A DNA stretch of 64,000 nt, taken from contig CAWFQB010000003.1 of assembly GCA_963817895.1 (NCBI GenBank), forward strand, positions 640,001 through 704,000. Reading direction: 5' to 3'. A model generated the notes under the pieces. The model was given only the letters and a program-made list of their open reading frames with translations, did no database searches and was not told where the DNA came from. Source of the DNA: an uncultured Chthonomonadaceae bacterium. GTDB lineage: Bacteria > Armatimonadota > Chthonomonadetes > Chthonomonadales > Chthonomonadaceae. Made by a program: the position numbers and the translations under genes. This document shows, one piece after another, positions 53,833 to 62,286 of the stretch (positions are counted from its first letter, which is position 1; each line of letters begins with the position of its first letter).

Positions 53833-54468
53833 TCACCATTCTATGAAGTTTCGTAAAATTTGCAGGCCGACTGCGCCGCTTTTTTCCGGGTGGAATTGGG
53901 TGGCGGCAACGTTGTCTTTTTCCACCGCGCAGCAGAAGTTGATGCCGTAGTCACTGGTAGCGGCGACAAGGGAAGCGTCTGCGGGTTCCGGGTAGTAGGA
54001 GTGGACGAAGTACACGCGGCTGTCTTCGGCAATGCCGCGCAACAGGCGCGATTCGGGGTTGACATGCAGGCTGTTCCAGCCGATATGGGGAACTTTCAGG
54101 GCTTTCAACTCCGGGGTCAACTCTTCGAGGGGCGTATCTTCAAAGAATTTCACGACAGGTCCCGCGAACAGGCCAATACCGGGGGATATGCCCATTTCGG
54201 TACTGCTTTCAAACAGCATCTGCATGCCCACGCAAATGCCGAGAAAAGGCTTGCCGCTCGTGATGCTGCGGCATACGGCCTGCTGTAATCCGCTGTGTTC
54301 CAGATTGGTCATGCAGGCGCAGAACGCGCCCACGCCGGGCAGCACCACATGATCGGCGCGGTCAATGATAGCCGAGTCACTGGTAATCACCGGTTCGCCC
54401 CCCACATACGCCAGCGCCTTTTCCACGCTGCGCAGATTCGCCATGCCGTAGTCTACGATTGCAATCAT
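53833..54468 (-). CDS. hisH: Imidazole glycerol phosphate synthase glutamine amidotransferase
   Basis: IVDYGMANL, LPGVGAF, GICVGMQ, PHIGWN and QFHPEKS. Confidence 0.96.
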   Translation of the reverse strand: MIAIVDYGMANLRSVEKALAYVGGEPVITSDSAIIDRADHVVLPGVGAFCACMTNLEHSGLQQAVCRSITSGKPFLGICVGMQMLFESSTEMGISPGIGLFAGPVVKFFEDTPLEELTPELKALKVPHIGWNSLHVNPESRLLRGIAEDSRVYFVHSYYPEPADASLVAATSDYGINFCCAVEKDNVAATQFHPEKSGAVGLQILRNFIEW

Positions 54469-54480
54469 AGTTTTATCCTG

Positions 54481-54549
54481 AGTGAGAGTGGAGAGTGCAA
54501 GAGTGAGAGTACTCGCATTGTCTCTCACTCTCACTCTTCACTCTCCACT
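54481..54549. repeat. Inverted tandem 6-7-mer hairpin (AGTG(R)AG)
   Basis: Same unit as 54915..54983. Confidence 0.85.
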
Positions 54550-54557
54550 TTTACTGC

Positions 54558-54857
54558 CTATTCCGGTTCCAATATCGGGCCGAGGATGGGACGTTTGGGC
54601 GCGGGGCTTTTGCCGCGTCGCGTGACCGGAATTTCCTGCTGTTCGTAATGATCCTGTATATGCGTCAGGTTGGTGGAAATCTGGCGCGCGTTCGCGTTAG
54701 TGATGTTGAGCGCCCACCGCATCGCGCCCACCAGCGTCAGGCTCAGGACGACGACCAGCATGGCGCGCGTCATCAGGCCGCTTTGAATAGCAGTTTCCCG
54801 CGCTTCCACGCGACCGGACGGTTCCGGCAACAACAAGGATTTTTTCGTTTGCTTCAT
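54558..54857 (-). CDS. Hypothetical single-TM protein inserted between hisB and hisH
   Basis: SD GGAG; TM AMLVVVLSLTLVGAM; flanked by repeat hairpins on both sides. Confidence 0.6.
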   Translation of the reverse strand: MKQTKKSLLLPEPSGRVEARETAIQSGLMTRAMLVVVLSLTLVGAMRWALNITNANARQISTNLTHIQDHYEQQEIPVTRRGKSPAPKRPILGPILEPE

Positions 54858-54914
54858 GTGCGTTTCTCCGATGAAGAGGATGATTCGAGTCGCCTTCTGG
54901 AGAAATCAATATAC

Positions 54915-54983
54915 AAGTGGAGAGTGAGAGTGAAGAGTGAGAGAACAAGCGTTCTCTCTCACTCTCACTCTCCACTCTCACTT
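54915..54983. repeat. Inverted tandem 6-7-mer hairpin (AGTG(R)AG)
   Basis: AAGTGGAGAGTGAGAGTGAAGAG ... CTCTCACTCTCCACTCTCACTT, abutting the hisB stop. Confidence 0.85.
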
Positions 54984-55573
54984 TAAAGAACGCCCTTCGT
55001 GGAGGGGATTCCCTGAACGCGGGGGTCATGCGCCATTGCCTGCGCTGCCGCCCGCCCGAACGCTTTGAACGCCGCTTCAATGATATGGTGCGTGTTCGTC
55101 CCCGCCATCTGGCGCAGGTGTACCGTCCAGCCTGCGTTGACGGCAACCGCCCGGAAAAACTCCGGCACTAATTCGGTTGTAAAATCGCCTAACTTCGGCG
55201 TCGGCAGGGCCAGGTCGCAGGCCAGAAAGCCGCGCCCGCTGATGTCAATGGCGCAAAACACGAGCGCCTCATCCATCGGCACGGCGCAGTTGCCCACCCG
55301 CGCGATGCCCGCCCGGTCGCCCAATGCTTCCGCAAACGCCTTGCCCAGCACAATGCCCACATCCTCGACGGTATGGTGGTCGTCTATATGCAGATCGCCC
55401 GTCACCTGCACATCCAATTGCAGCAGGCCATGTTTGGCGATATGCGTGAGCATGTGGTCGAAAAACCCCACGCCTGTCGCAATCGCGCTTTCGCCGCCTT
55501 CTATAGACAGCATTAGTTTAATATCGGTTTCCGCAGTTTTGCGGTGTATGGTTGCTTCGCGGGGTTGGCTCAT
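54983..55573 (-). CDS. hisB: Imidazoleglycerol-phosphate dehydratase
   Basis: FFDHML, IDDHHTVEDVG, PMDEAL, NTHHIIEAAFKA and PSTKGVL. Confidence 0.97.
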   Translation of the reverse strand: MSQPREATIHRKTAETDIKLMLSIEGGESAIATGVGFFDHMLTHIAKHGLLQLDVQVTGDLHIDDHHTVEDVGIVLGKAFAEALGDRAGIARVGNCAVPMDEALVFCAIDISGRGFLACDLALPTPKLGDFTTELVPEFFRAVAVNAGWTVHLRQMAGTNTHHIIEAAFKAFGRAAAQAMAHDPRVQGIPSTKGVL

Positions 55574-55801
55574 AATATTCAGACGAAATTCCAATCGCGC
55601 AAGTTTGCTTCCTTCAAAATTAGTGATAGTGAGTTTAGCATTTTTCCACTGCCGGACACAATGGACAAACGGCACGATGCGCCCCTTTTTGTCGTACATA
55701 TCTTCGAGTAGAAAATAAGCCCTGCGCCAATACACGCAACGCTTTCAGAGGGACAAGTTCGCCAGTACATCATTTGCCACTATATCAGGAGAAAAAACAC
55801 T

Positions 55802-56626
55802 ATGCTTGCGCCGGAAACAATTCGTTTGTGGCAGGGGGATGCGCCTCGTTCGCAGGGTACGGCGGATTCGGACATTCCCACGCTGACGATTTACCGCCCG
55901 CAGCCGGAGAAGGCGAACGGCGCGGCGGTTGTCGTGTGTCCCGGCGGCGGGTACGGCGGATTGGCGGCGCACGAGGGGCAGCCGATAGCCGAATGGCTGA
56001 ACACGCTCGGCGTGACGAGTTTTGTTCTGAAATATCGGCTTGGGCCGCGCTACCGGCATCCGGTCGAGATGAGCGATGCGCAGCGCGCGTTGCGAACCGT
56101 TCGTTCCCGCGCCGGGGAATGGAAACTGGACGCGCATAAAATCGGTATCATCGGTTTTTCCGCCGGGGGACATCTCGCTTCTACAGCCGCCACGCATTTC
56201 GATGAGGGGGACGCGAAAGCGGCTGATCCGATAGACCGCGTTTCGTGTCGCCCCGACCTTGCCATTCTCGCATATCCTGTGATTACCATGACCGACCCGT
56301 TCACGCACGGCGGCAGCCGAACCAATCTGCTTGGCGACAAGCCTGATCCCGAACTGGTTAACCTGCTTTCCAATGAGCGGCAAATTACAACCAAAACCCC
56401 GCCCGTTTTCCTGCTGCATACCGCCGACGACGCTGTTGTTCCGGTAGAAAACAGCCTGTTGTTCGCCCTTGCCTGCCGCGCCGCCCGCGTCCCGTTTGAA
56501 CTGCACATCTTTGAACACGGGCCGCACGGCATCGGGTTGGGCGGCAACGATCCCGTTTTGAGTACGTGGCCGACAGCCTGCGCCGCATGGCTGAAGTCCC
56601 ACAATTTTCTGTCCGCAGCAAAATAA
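55802..56626 (+). CDS. Alpha/beta hydrolase (acetyl esterase/BD-FAE-like)
   Basis: PGGGY, GFSAGGHL, DDAVVP and GPHGIG. Confidence 0.88.
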   Translation: MLAPETIRLWQGDAPRSQGTADSDIPTLTIYRPQPEKANGAAVVVCPGGGYGGLAAHEGQPIAEWLNTLGVTSFVLKYRLGPRYRHPVEMSDAQRALRTVRSRAGEWKLDAHKIGIIGFSAGGHLASTAATHFDEGDAKAADPIDRVSCRPDLAILAYPVITMTDPFTHGGSRTNLLGDKPDPELVNLLSNERQITTKTPPVFLLHTADDAVVPVENSLLFALACRAARVPFELHIFEHGPHGIGLGGNDPVLSTWPTACAAWLKSHNFLSAAK

Positions 56627-56634
56627 ATGGTTGC

Positions 56635-56702
56635 AAAAACAACCCACGCGGCTGTCTTTGACCTTGCAAACACGGTCAAAGACAGCCGCGTGGGTTGTTT
56701 TT
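56635..56702. terminator. Long perfect hairpin (about 29-bp stem), bidirectional terminator-like
   Basis: AAAAACAACCCACGCGGCTGTCTTTGACC ... GGTCAAAGACAGCCGCGTGGGTTGTTTTT. Confidence 0.75.
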
Positions 56703-56766
56703 GTTTCCCACTCTGCGCGTCCTGCCGGAGTTATACGCCATTCTCGCAAATATTTTCTTTTGCGCC

Positions 56767-56797
56767 TTGACTTCGAGTTGACTCTAAGTTGTACACT
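56767..56797 (+). promoter_or_regulatory. MerR-type promoter (19-bp spacer) with operator dyad
   Basis: TTGACT-N19-TACACT; dyad CTTCGAGT-TG-ACTCTAAG in the spacer. Confidence 0.85.
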
Positions 56798-56803
56798 GCT
56801 TGT

Positions 56804-57379
56804 ATGGACAACTCCGAACCGCAAAACGCCATGCCTCACGCCTGCTTTTCCATACAGCAGGTGAGCGAACGCACCGGCCTGAGCGCGTATACCCTGCGCT
56901 ATTATGAGCAGGAGGGCTTGCTCGATCCCATCCGGCGCGACGCGGGCGGGCGACGACGCTACACAATGGAGGATGTGGCGCGGGTTGCCCTGCTGATACT
57001 GATGCGCGACATGGGATTGACGCTCGCGCAGATACGGGCATTTACGGCCCTGATGCGGGAGGGGGACTCAGCGGCCCCGGAACGCCGCGCCCTGATTGAA
57101 GCGCATCAGGCGCAGGTGCAGGCGCAGGTGGAAGCCCTGTGCGCAAACCTGAAAATGATCGAGGAAAAGCTCGCTATGATGCGCCGCGTGGAAAGCGATC
57201 CGAATGAAAAGGCCGGATGGCAGGAACGTTGTCTGGAACTGCTGCAAAAGCGTAATGCAAGTCGGGCGCAGCCCGCGCTATCGGTCACAGACGCGGACGC
57301 GCAAACGCAAGCCAGGACAATAAAGAGACAGTGCAACAATCGCAAACGAAACAACGACGAGAAGGAAACACAAACATGA
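56804..57379 (+). CDS. MerR-family regulator (NmlR/AdhR-like)
   Basis: IQQVSERTGLSAYTLRYYEQEGLL and GRRRY. Confidence 0.9.
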   Translation: MDNSEPQNAMPHACFSIQQVSERTGLSAYTLRYYEQEGLLDPIRRDAGGRRRYTMEDVARVALLILMRDMGLTLAQIRAFTALMREGDSAAPERRALIEAHQAQVQAQVEALCANLKMIEEKLAMMRRVESDPNEKAGWQERCLELLQKRNASRAQPALSVTDADAQTQARTIKRQCNNRKRNNDEKETQT

Positions 57380-58272
57380 AAGTATTTTTGACAGGCGCCA
57401 CCGGCTTTATCGGTTCCGCCATTGTGCCGGAACTCATCAACGCGGGCCATCAGGTACTCGGTTTGACGCGCTCGGAGACGGGGGCGCAGTCTCTGCGCGC
57501 TGCGGGAGCCGAAGCGCATCGCGGAGATTTGGAAGACTTGGAGAGTATCCGCGCCGGAGCCGCGATGTCGGATGGCGTCATCCACTGCGCTTTCAGCCAC
57601 GACTTCTCAACCTTCTCGGCCTTCGTCGCGAGTTGCGAACAGGACCGGCGCGTCATTGAGACGATTGGGGACGCGCTGGTTGGCTCTGGCCGCCCTCTGC
57701 TCATCACCTCCGGGACGGGAATAGGCAGCGCTGTACCCGGACAGCCCGCGACCGAAGATGTTGTCAACCTCAGCCACCCGAACCCGCGCATCGCTTCGGA
57801 ACAGGCAGGGGCGGCCGTGGCGGAGCGCGGCGTCAACGTATCCATAGTACGCCTTCCGCAAGTTCACGACCCTTACAAGCAGGGACTTATCACCCCCTTG
57901 ATTCAGTTGGCCCGTGAGAAGGGCGTTTCGGCGTATGCCGGTGACGGCCTCAACCGCTGGCCCGCCGCGCATGTTCTCGATGTCGCGCGCCTCTACCGGC
58001 TGGCCCTAGAAAAGCAGGAAGCGGGCAGCAGATACCACGCGGTCGCTGAGGAGGGCATCCCGGTTCGGGACGTCGCGGAGATCATTGGCCGGGGCTTGAA
58101 GGTGGCGACGGTCAGCCTGTCTGCGGAGGAGGCGATCTCACATTTCGGGTGGTTCGGCGCGTTAGCATCTCTTGACATGCCCGCTTCCAGCGCGCAAACA
58201 CAGGAACGGCTGGGATGGCATCCGACCGGCCCCGGATTGATGGCCGATCTCGAACAAATGCGCTGCTTCTGA
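57376..58272 (+). CDS. Atypical SDR / NAD-dependent epimerase-dehydratase
   Basis: KVFLTGATGFIGS, IHCAF and RWPAAHVLD; ATGA overlap with the MerR gene. Confidence 0.9.
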   Translation: MKVFLTGATGFIGSAIVPELINAGHQVLGLTRSETGAQSLRAAGAEAHRGDLEDLESIRAGAAMSDGVIHCAFSHDFSTFSAFVASCEQDRRVIETIGDALVGSGRPLLITSGTGIGSAVPGQPATEDVVNLSHPNPRIASEQAGAAVAERGVNVSIVRLPQVHDPYKQGLITPLIQLAREKGVSAYAGDGLNRWPAAHVLDVARLYRLALEKQEAGSRYHAVAEEGIPVRDVAEIIGRGLKVATVSLSAEEAISHFGWFGALASLDMPASSAQTQERLGWHPTGPGLMADLEQMRCF

Positions 58273-58449
58273 AGCTTATGGACAAATCACCTGAACATTG
58301 GACAATCGCGTTCATACCTGAGAAGGCTGATTGTCCAACTTCATTCTGATTTGTCCATTACAAGTATGCTCAATCTGCATACTGAACGCGCCGAGCATCA
58401 AGCGGGTGACAATTGCGCGCGGTGGTGAACTCCTGATGCAGAGCAACAT

Positions 58450-60378
58450 TCACGGCCTGGCAGGCGTCTTTTTCTCACGGGAAAGAGAACCCCCTAACTG
58501 GAATACAGGCCCATTCTGCATTATATATTCGGTTCCGGGAGGTAAAAGGACGGGGCGGGGCGTCGGTTGCGTTTCCAGCGTAAGGTTGATCGTTACGAGT
58601 TTCTCACCGTGTCGCGCAATGGCGACGACCTTTTGCCCCGCTTTCATCGGCAATATCACCGCCCGTACCTCGCTTGTGGTATGAACCTGCTTGCCGTTCA
58701 GGCTAACGAGAATATCTGACGGCTGAATTCCTAATTTGGACGCGGGCGAATTGGCGTACACGCCCCTTACACGAACTTGCGAATTTAAGCGAATCGCGCC
58801 GTTATCCTCTTGCGCGTTGTCTATGTCGTCCAGAGCCACTCCGAGCCACGCATGAACAATGTCTTTGCCCGCTTTCAACTCCTCGATTACGTCCTTCATG
58901 GCGTTGATGGGAATGGCGAACCCGGTTCCGGGGCTGACGGTCAGCGGGCGTGGCGCATTTACGCCGGTATCCGGCACAAACACGGTGGTTTTGTTGCCGT
59001 TGCCGCCCTGCGCATACACGGTTCCTGTCTGAAAACCATCTGCGGAATACCGTAAAACGCTTTTCCCGTTCCAAAAATATGTCGTTTCTGCCAGCAGTCG
59101 CGTCGCTGCATTGCCGGCAGCCGTTGTTCTGACGCTGGCAGCCGCGTTATTTCCGAGTGTTTGATGCGTTGGGGCGGAAGGGGCAGAGTTATTGACCGGC
59201 GCGGACGGCGATATGGTTCCATTTCGGGTTTGAAAAGAGGCATCCACGTACCCGCTGGACGCAGAGGGCGTAGGTTCGGGCGCGAGCGCGGCGGCGATCA
59301 TGCCGATCACTTCGCCCCGCGCGTTCAGGATGGGGGCGCCGCTGGTTCCCGCGCCCACCGCGCTGTCCACCTGTAACAGCACAGGATAAAAATGCGCCCC
59401 GGAATAGAACCCCTGCGGGCGTATGCCGGAAACCAGTCCGAGCGCGACGGAATTGTACTGCCCCGCCTGATTGCCGATGGAAATGGCGAAATGTCCCGGC
59501 GCGACTTTGTCGCTGTCGCCGAGCGCGAGAGCGGGCAGGGTGACATTCGCCGCCAACCGCACCAGCCCGACATTACGTTCGCTGTCTACGGCAACCAGCA
59601 TGGCGCGTATCCGGCGTCCATCATCCGAGGTGACAATGGGGCTGCTCATGCCCTGCGCGACATCCGCTGTGGTGACAATATAGCCATCCCCAACCGAAAA
59701 TCCGCTGCCGGACTTGGGCGTAGCAGAGCGCAAACTCTCTGCGGTAACAAAGGGAGCGTACTGCGCGTTCGGTGTCCCGGCCTTGCGCTGCGCCTGCGCC
59801 GCTTTCAAATCCACTAAAACATGCGCCTGCTGCTGCTGCGAGGTTTGCAGGTCCGCGTTTGACACGACCCCGGCGTTTACCTGTTGCTGTAGCAGTTTGA
59901 TCTGTTCGGCGTAGGATTTTCGGTCGCCTTCCAGTTCGGCAATACGGGCGTCCAGATCGCGTTGTTGCTGCGCGGCCAAACTTTCGCGCCCGAAACCGGC
60001 AATTTTCTGCTGCAAAAACGTCAGGCGCGTATCCAGCCGCGCCAGTTCTCGGCGGGGCTTTTCCACTTCCAGAGCGGGAATCACTCCGGCGCGATACCGT
60101 TGTTCTTCCTGCGCCGCTTTTACCGCCGCCGCTGCCCGGTCTATCCGCAAATGCGCCAGTTGGTTCTCCAGGTCGGCTTTTTCCAGCGCGGAATTGTTGT
60201 AGCTGACCACAACGGCGCGGGCGTCCTCGATGGACACGATACAACTCCGCGCTTTGCTGGCAACCGTCGCCATCTCGTTCTGCATCTGTTCCAGAATGTT
60301 GTCCGCCCCTGCGGGATACGCGCTCAGGCTGCCGCCGATAAACGCGATTCCCAAAGTCAATGCGGCCTGTTTTACCAT
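58450..60378 (-). CDS. HtrA/DegP-like trypsin-PDZ protein with coiled-coil insertion and degenerate catalytic triad
   Basis: Signal peptide; GSGFSV, TTADV (His site), DSERNVG (Asp site), GTSGAP, GFAIPIN, WLGV and PDZ NSPASKLGIQPSDIL. Confidence 0.85.
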   Translation of the reverse strand: MVKQAALTLGIAFIGGSLSAYPAGADNILEQMQNEMATVASKARSCIVSIEDARAVVVSYNNSALEKADLENQLAHLRIDRAAAAVKAAQEEQRYRAGVIPALEVEKPRRELARLDTRLTFLQQKIAGFGRESLAAQQQRDLDARIAELEGDRKSYAEQIKLLQQQVNAGVVSNADLQTSQQQQAHVLVDLKAAQAQRKAGTPNAQYAPFVTAESLRSATPKSGSGFSVGDGYIVTTADVAQGMSSPIVTSDDGRRIRAMLVAVDSERNVGLVRLAANVTLPALALGDSDKVAPGHFAISIGNQAGQYNSVALGLVSGIRPQGFYSGAHFYPVLLQVDSAVGAGTSGAPILNARGEVIGMIAAALAPEPTPSASSGYVDASFQTRNGTISPSAPVNNSAPSAPTHQTLGNNAAASVRTTAAGNAATRLLAETTYFWNGKSVLRYSADGFQTGTVYAQGGNGNKTTVFVPDTGVNAPRPLTVSPGTGFAIPINAMKDVIEELKAGKDIVHAWLGVALDDIDNAQEDNGAIRLNSQVRVRGVYANSPASKLGIQPSDILVSLNGKQVHTTSEVRAVILPMKAGQKVVAIARHGEKLVTINLTLETQPTPRPVLLPPGTEYIMQNGPVFQLGGSLSREKKTPARP

Positions 60379-61289
60379 GCTCGTTCCTCTCCATTCCGGC
60401 TTGATGCTTCGTTATTCTGGCTTTTGGCATCCGTAGACAAGCAATCCATGACATAAGCGCGTGGGCGGCGCGGTTCCGCTTCCGTCTCCGCGCCTGTCAG
60501 AACATAATTCGGCGTTTCGGCAGTCAGGGTAACAACCATCGGCGTAAACCCTCCTGCCAACAAGCCGGGTGCAGTGGGGTTCTGCTGTGGCCGTACTGTC
60601 TCATTTCGCGCCACCAGCAAACCATGCGATTGCGCAAAATGGCGACTGCGAACGGATGTTCCGCTGCGCTCCGCGACTGAATTGGCGCGTGTAAATTTCT
60701 TATCTGCCACAAGAGAAAATCTGGAAAGCCGAGACGGAGGCGCAAATGGGCGCGTTAAATGAGGCATAGCGCCCAGACTGCTTTTCCGCAGAAACGACTT
60801 TTCAAAAGCGATACGTTCTTCCCCGTTTCCTGCGTTCTCTACCGGAATTTTCGCCACAGAGGGACGCGCTATACCCTGTTTCGCAGGCCGAGTTTGCGAT
60901 GTTTCTGATATTAAAAATGCCCGCTCACTGCCGCGTGGAACAAGCGCGGCCCACAACAGCGCCATTGCCGCAACAGACCCGGCGCCCATCAGAACGCGAT
61001 ACGGAACTGCTTTTCTCATTGGCGCGGGTTGAGGCGTGACGGGTATGGCAGCCAAACGCGCCTGCGCGTCCGACCAATTGGTTTGCGTGGCCGGAACATG
61101 CGCATGCCGCAGCATTTCCAATCCCTGCCCGATACGGGCAATCGTTTGCAGTTGCGTTTGGCAGGCGGCGCAATGCGCTAAATGCGCGTTCACGCGCGCT
61201 TTCTGGTCCGGCTTTAATTGTTCGCCCGCATATTGCCACAGCAGCGGTTCTATGCGCTTGCAGTTGTGTATGAATATCTTGCGCAACAT
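60372..61289 (-). CDS. zf-HC2 anti-sigma factor
   Basis: HLAHCAAC followed by a TM segment. Confidence 0.85.
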   Translation of the reverse strand: MLRKIFIHNCKRIEPLLWQYAGEQLKPDQKARVNAHLAHCAACQTQLQTIARIGQGLEMLRHAHVPATQTNWSDAQARLAAIPVTPQPAPMRKAVPYRVLMGAGSVAAMALLWAALVPRGSERAFLISETSQTRPAKQGIARPSVAKIPVENAGNGEERIAFEKSFLRKSSLGAMPHLTRPFAPPSRLSRFSLVADKKFTRANSVAERSGTSVRSRHFAQSHGLLVARNETVRPQQNPTAPGLLAGGFTPMVVTLTAETPNYVLTGAETEAEPRRPRAYVMDCLSTDAKSQNNEASSRNGEERAW

Positions 61290-61293
61290 AATT

Positions 61294-61896
61294 TTATTTC
61301 TCCAATGCCTGTACCCGTTCGCGCAGGGAGCGACGGGCGCGGAAAACGCGGAGTTTTGCGCTCACGGCGGAGCAGCCTAAAATTGCCCCGATTTCCACAT
61401 AATTCAGTTCTTCAATATCGTGCAGAACAATGATTTCCCGCTGCGCGACGGGCATGCCGCGCAGGGCGCACAACACCGTTGCCATCGTTTCGGCGCGTTC
61501 CACAAGGGCGTGAGGGTCGGAACCGTAGCCCTCATCGCGCCACTCTTCGGAGCGCAGCCCCGCATCATATTGTACTTTACGCTTTTCCCACGATTTCAGC
61601 CTGTCCCGGCACAAATTGCCGCAAATTTTGAACAGCCACGTTTGCAGGCTGGAATCGCTACGAAATTTCCCGATTGCCTGATATGCCCGCGCGAATGTTT
61701 CCTGCTTCACGTCGTCCGCATCCTCGCGGTGGCCGAGCAGATGGTAGGCGTAGCGAAACACCTGCCGCTCATAACAAGCGTAGATTTCACTGAACGCTTC
61801 CAAATCTCCGGCGCGGCAACGCGCTGCCAGTTGGTCTTCCTCTACAGGCATTGCCACTCCACGCGTTGCGATTCTAACTTCCATCCGTCGTTCCAA
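61294..61896 (-). CDS. ECF sigma-70 factor
   Basis: DADDVKQETF, TWLFKI and LNYVEIGAILGCS..KLRVFRAR. Confidence 0.92.
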   Translation of the reverse strand: MERRMEVRIATRGVAMPVEEDQLAARCRAGDLEAFSEIYACYERQVFRYAYHLLGHREDADDVKQETFARAYQAIGKFRSDSSLQTWLFKICGNLCRDRLKSWEKRKVQYDAGLRSEEWRDEGYGSDPHALVERAETMATVLCALRGMPVAQREIIVLHDIEELNYVEIGAILGCSAVSAKLRVFRARRSLRERVQALEK

Positions 61897-61898
61897 TC

Positions 61899-62009
61899 GG
61901 TGTTCAGGTGTTCAGGTATTCAGGTGTGTCGCTGATAACATTGCCACAAGTAAAAAATGTTCTGTGCCACATTGTCCTGAATACCCGAACACCTGAACAC
62001 CTGAACACC
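61899..62009. repeat. Inverted tandem octamer hairpin (GGTGTTCA/TGAACACC)
   Basis: Arms 61899-61926 and 61977-62009. Confidence 0.88.
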
Positions 62010-62122
62010 AAACTTCCTTGTTGCCATACCAGACGAAGCGCGTTCAGGAACGTATCAACGATTTCGCAGACAATGCTTACGAGATTTTAATTGCGCTGCC
62101 CCTGTGTAGCCATCCGTTCAGG

Positions 62123-62152
62123 TTGACCATACTCACTCCCAAAGGCTATACT
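62123..62152 (+). promoter_or_regulatory. Promoter of purL
   Basis: TTGACC-N18-TATACT. Confidence 0.55.
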
Positions 62153-62161
62153 ATTGGAAAG

Positions 62162-62273
62162 AAGTCGGTAGTCAGTAGTCAGTAGAAACGCTCGTTTTCT
62201 ACAAAAGATGCTATATACGCTACAACCTTGCAGTTTTGCCCTACCGACTACCGACTACTGACTACCGACTACT
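62162..62273. repeat. Inverted tandem heptamer hairpin (GTAGTCR) in the purL 5' UTR
   Basis: GTCGGTAGTCAGTAGTCAGTAG ... CTACCGACTACCGACTACTGACTACCGAC. Confidence 0.88.
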
Positions 62274-62286
62274 TCTGGAGCAACTC

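Noticed and set aside
7371..62273. Repeat-spacer-repeat elements as CRISPR arrays
   Set aside because: Arms are inverted 6-8-mer tandems with a single spacer, there are no 23-47 bp direct repeats, and no cas genes are present.
62153..62286. Purine, ZTP or PRPP riboswitch upstream of purL
   Set aside because: The leader is occupied by the heptamer hairpin and no aptamer consensus is visible.
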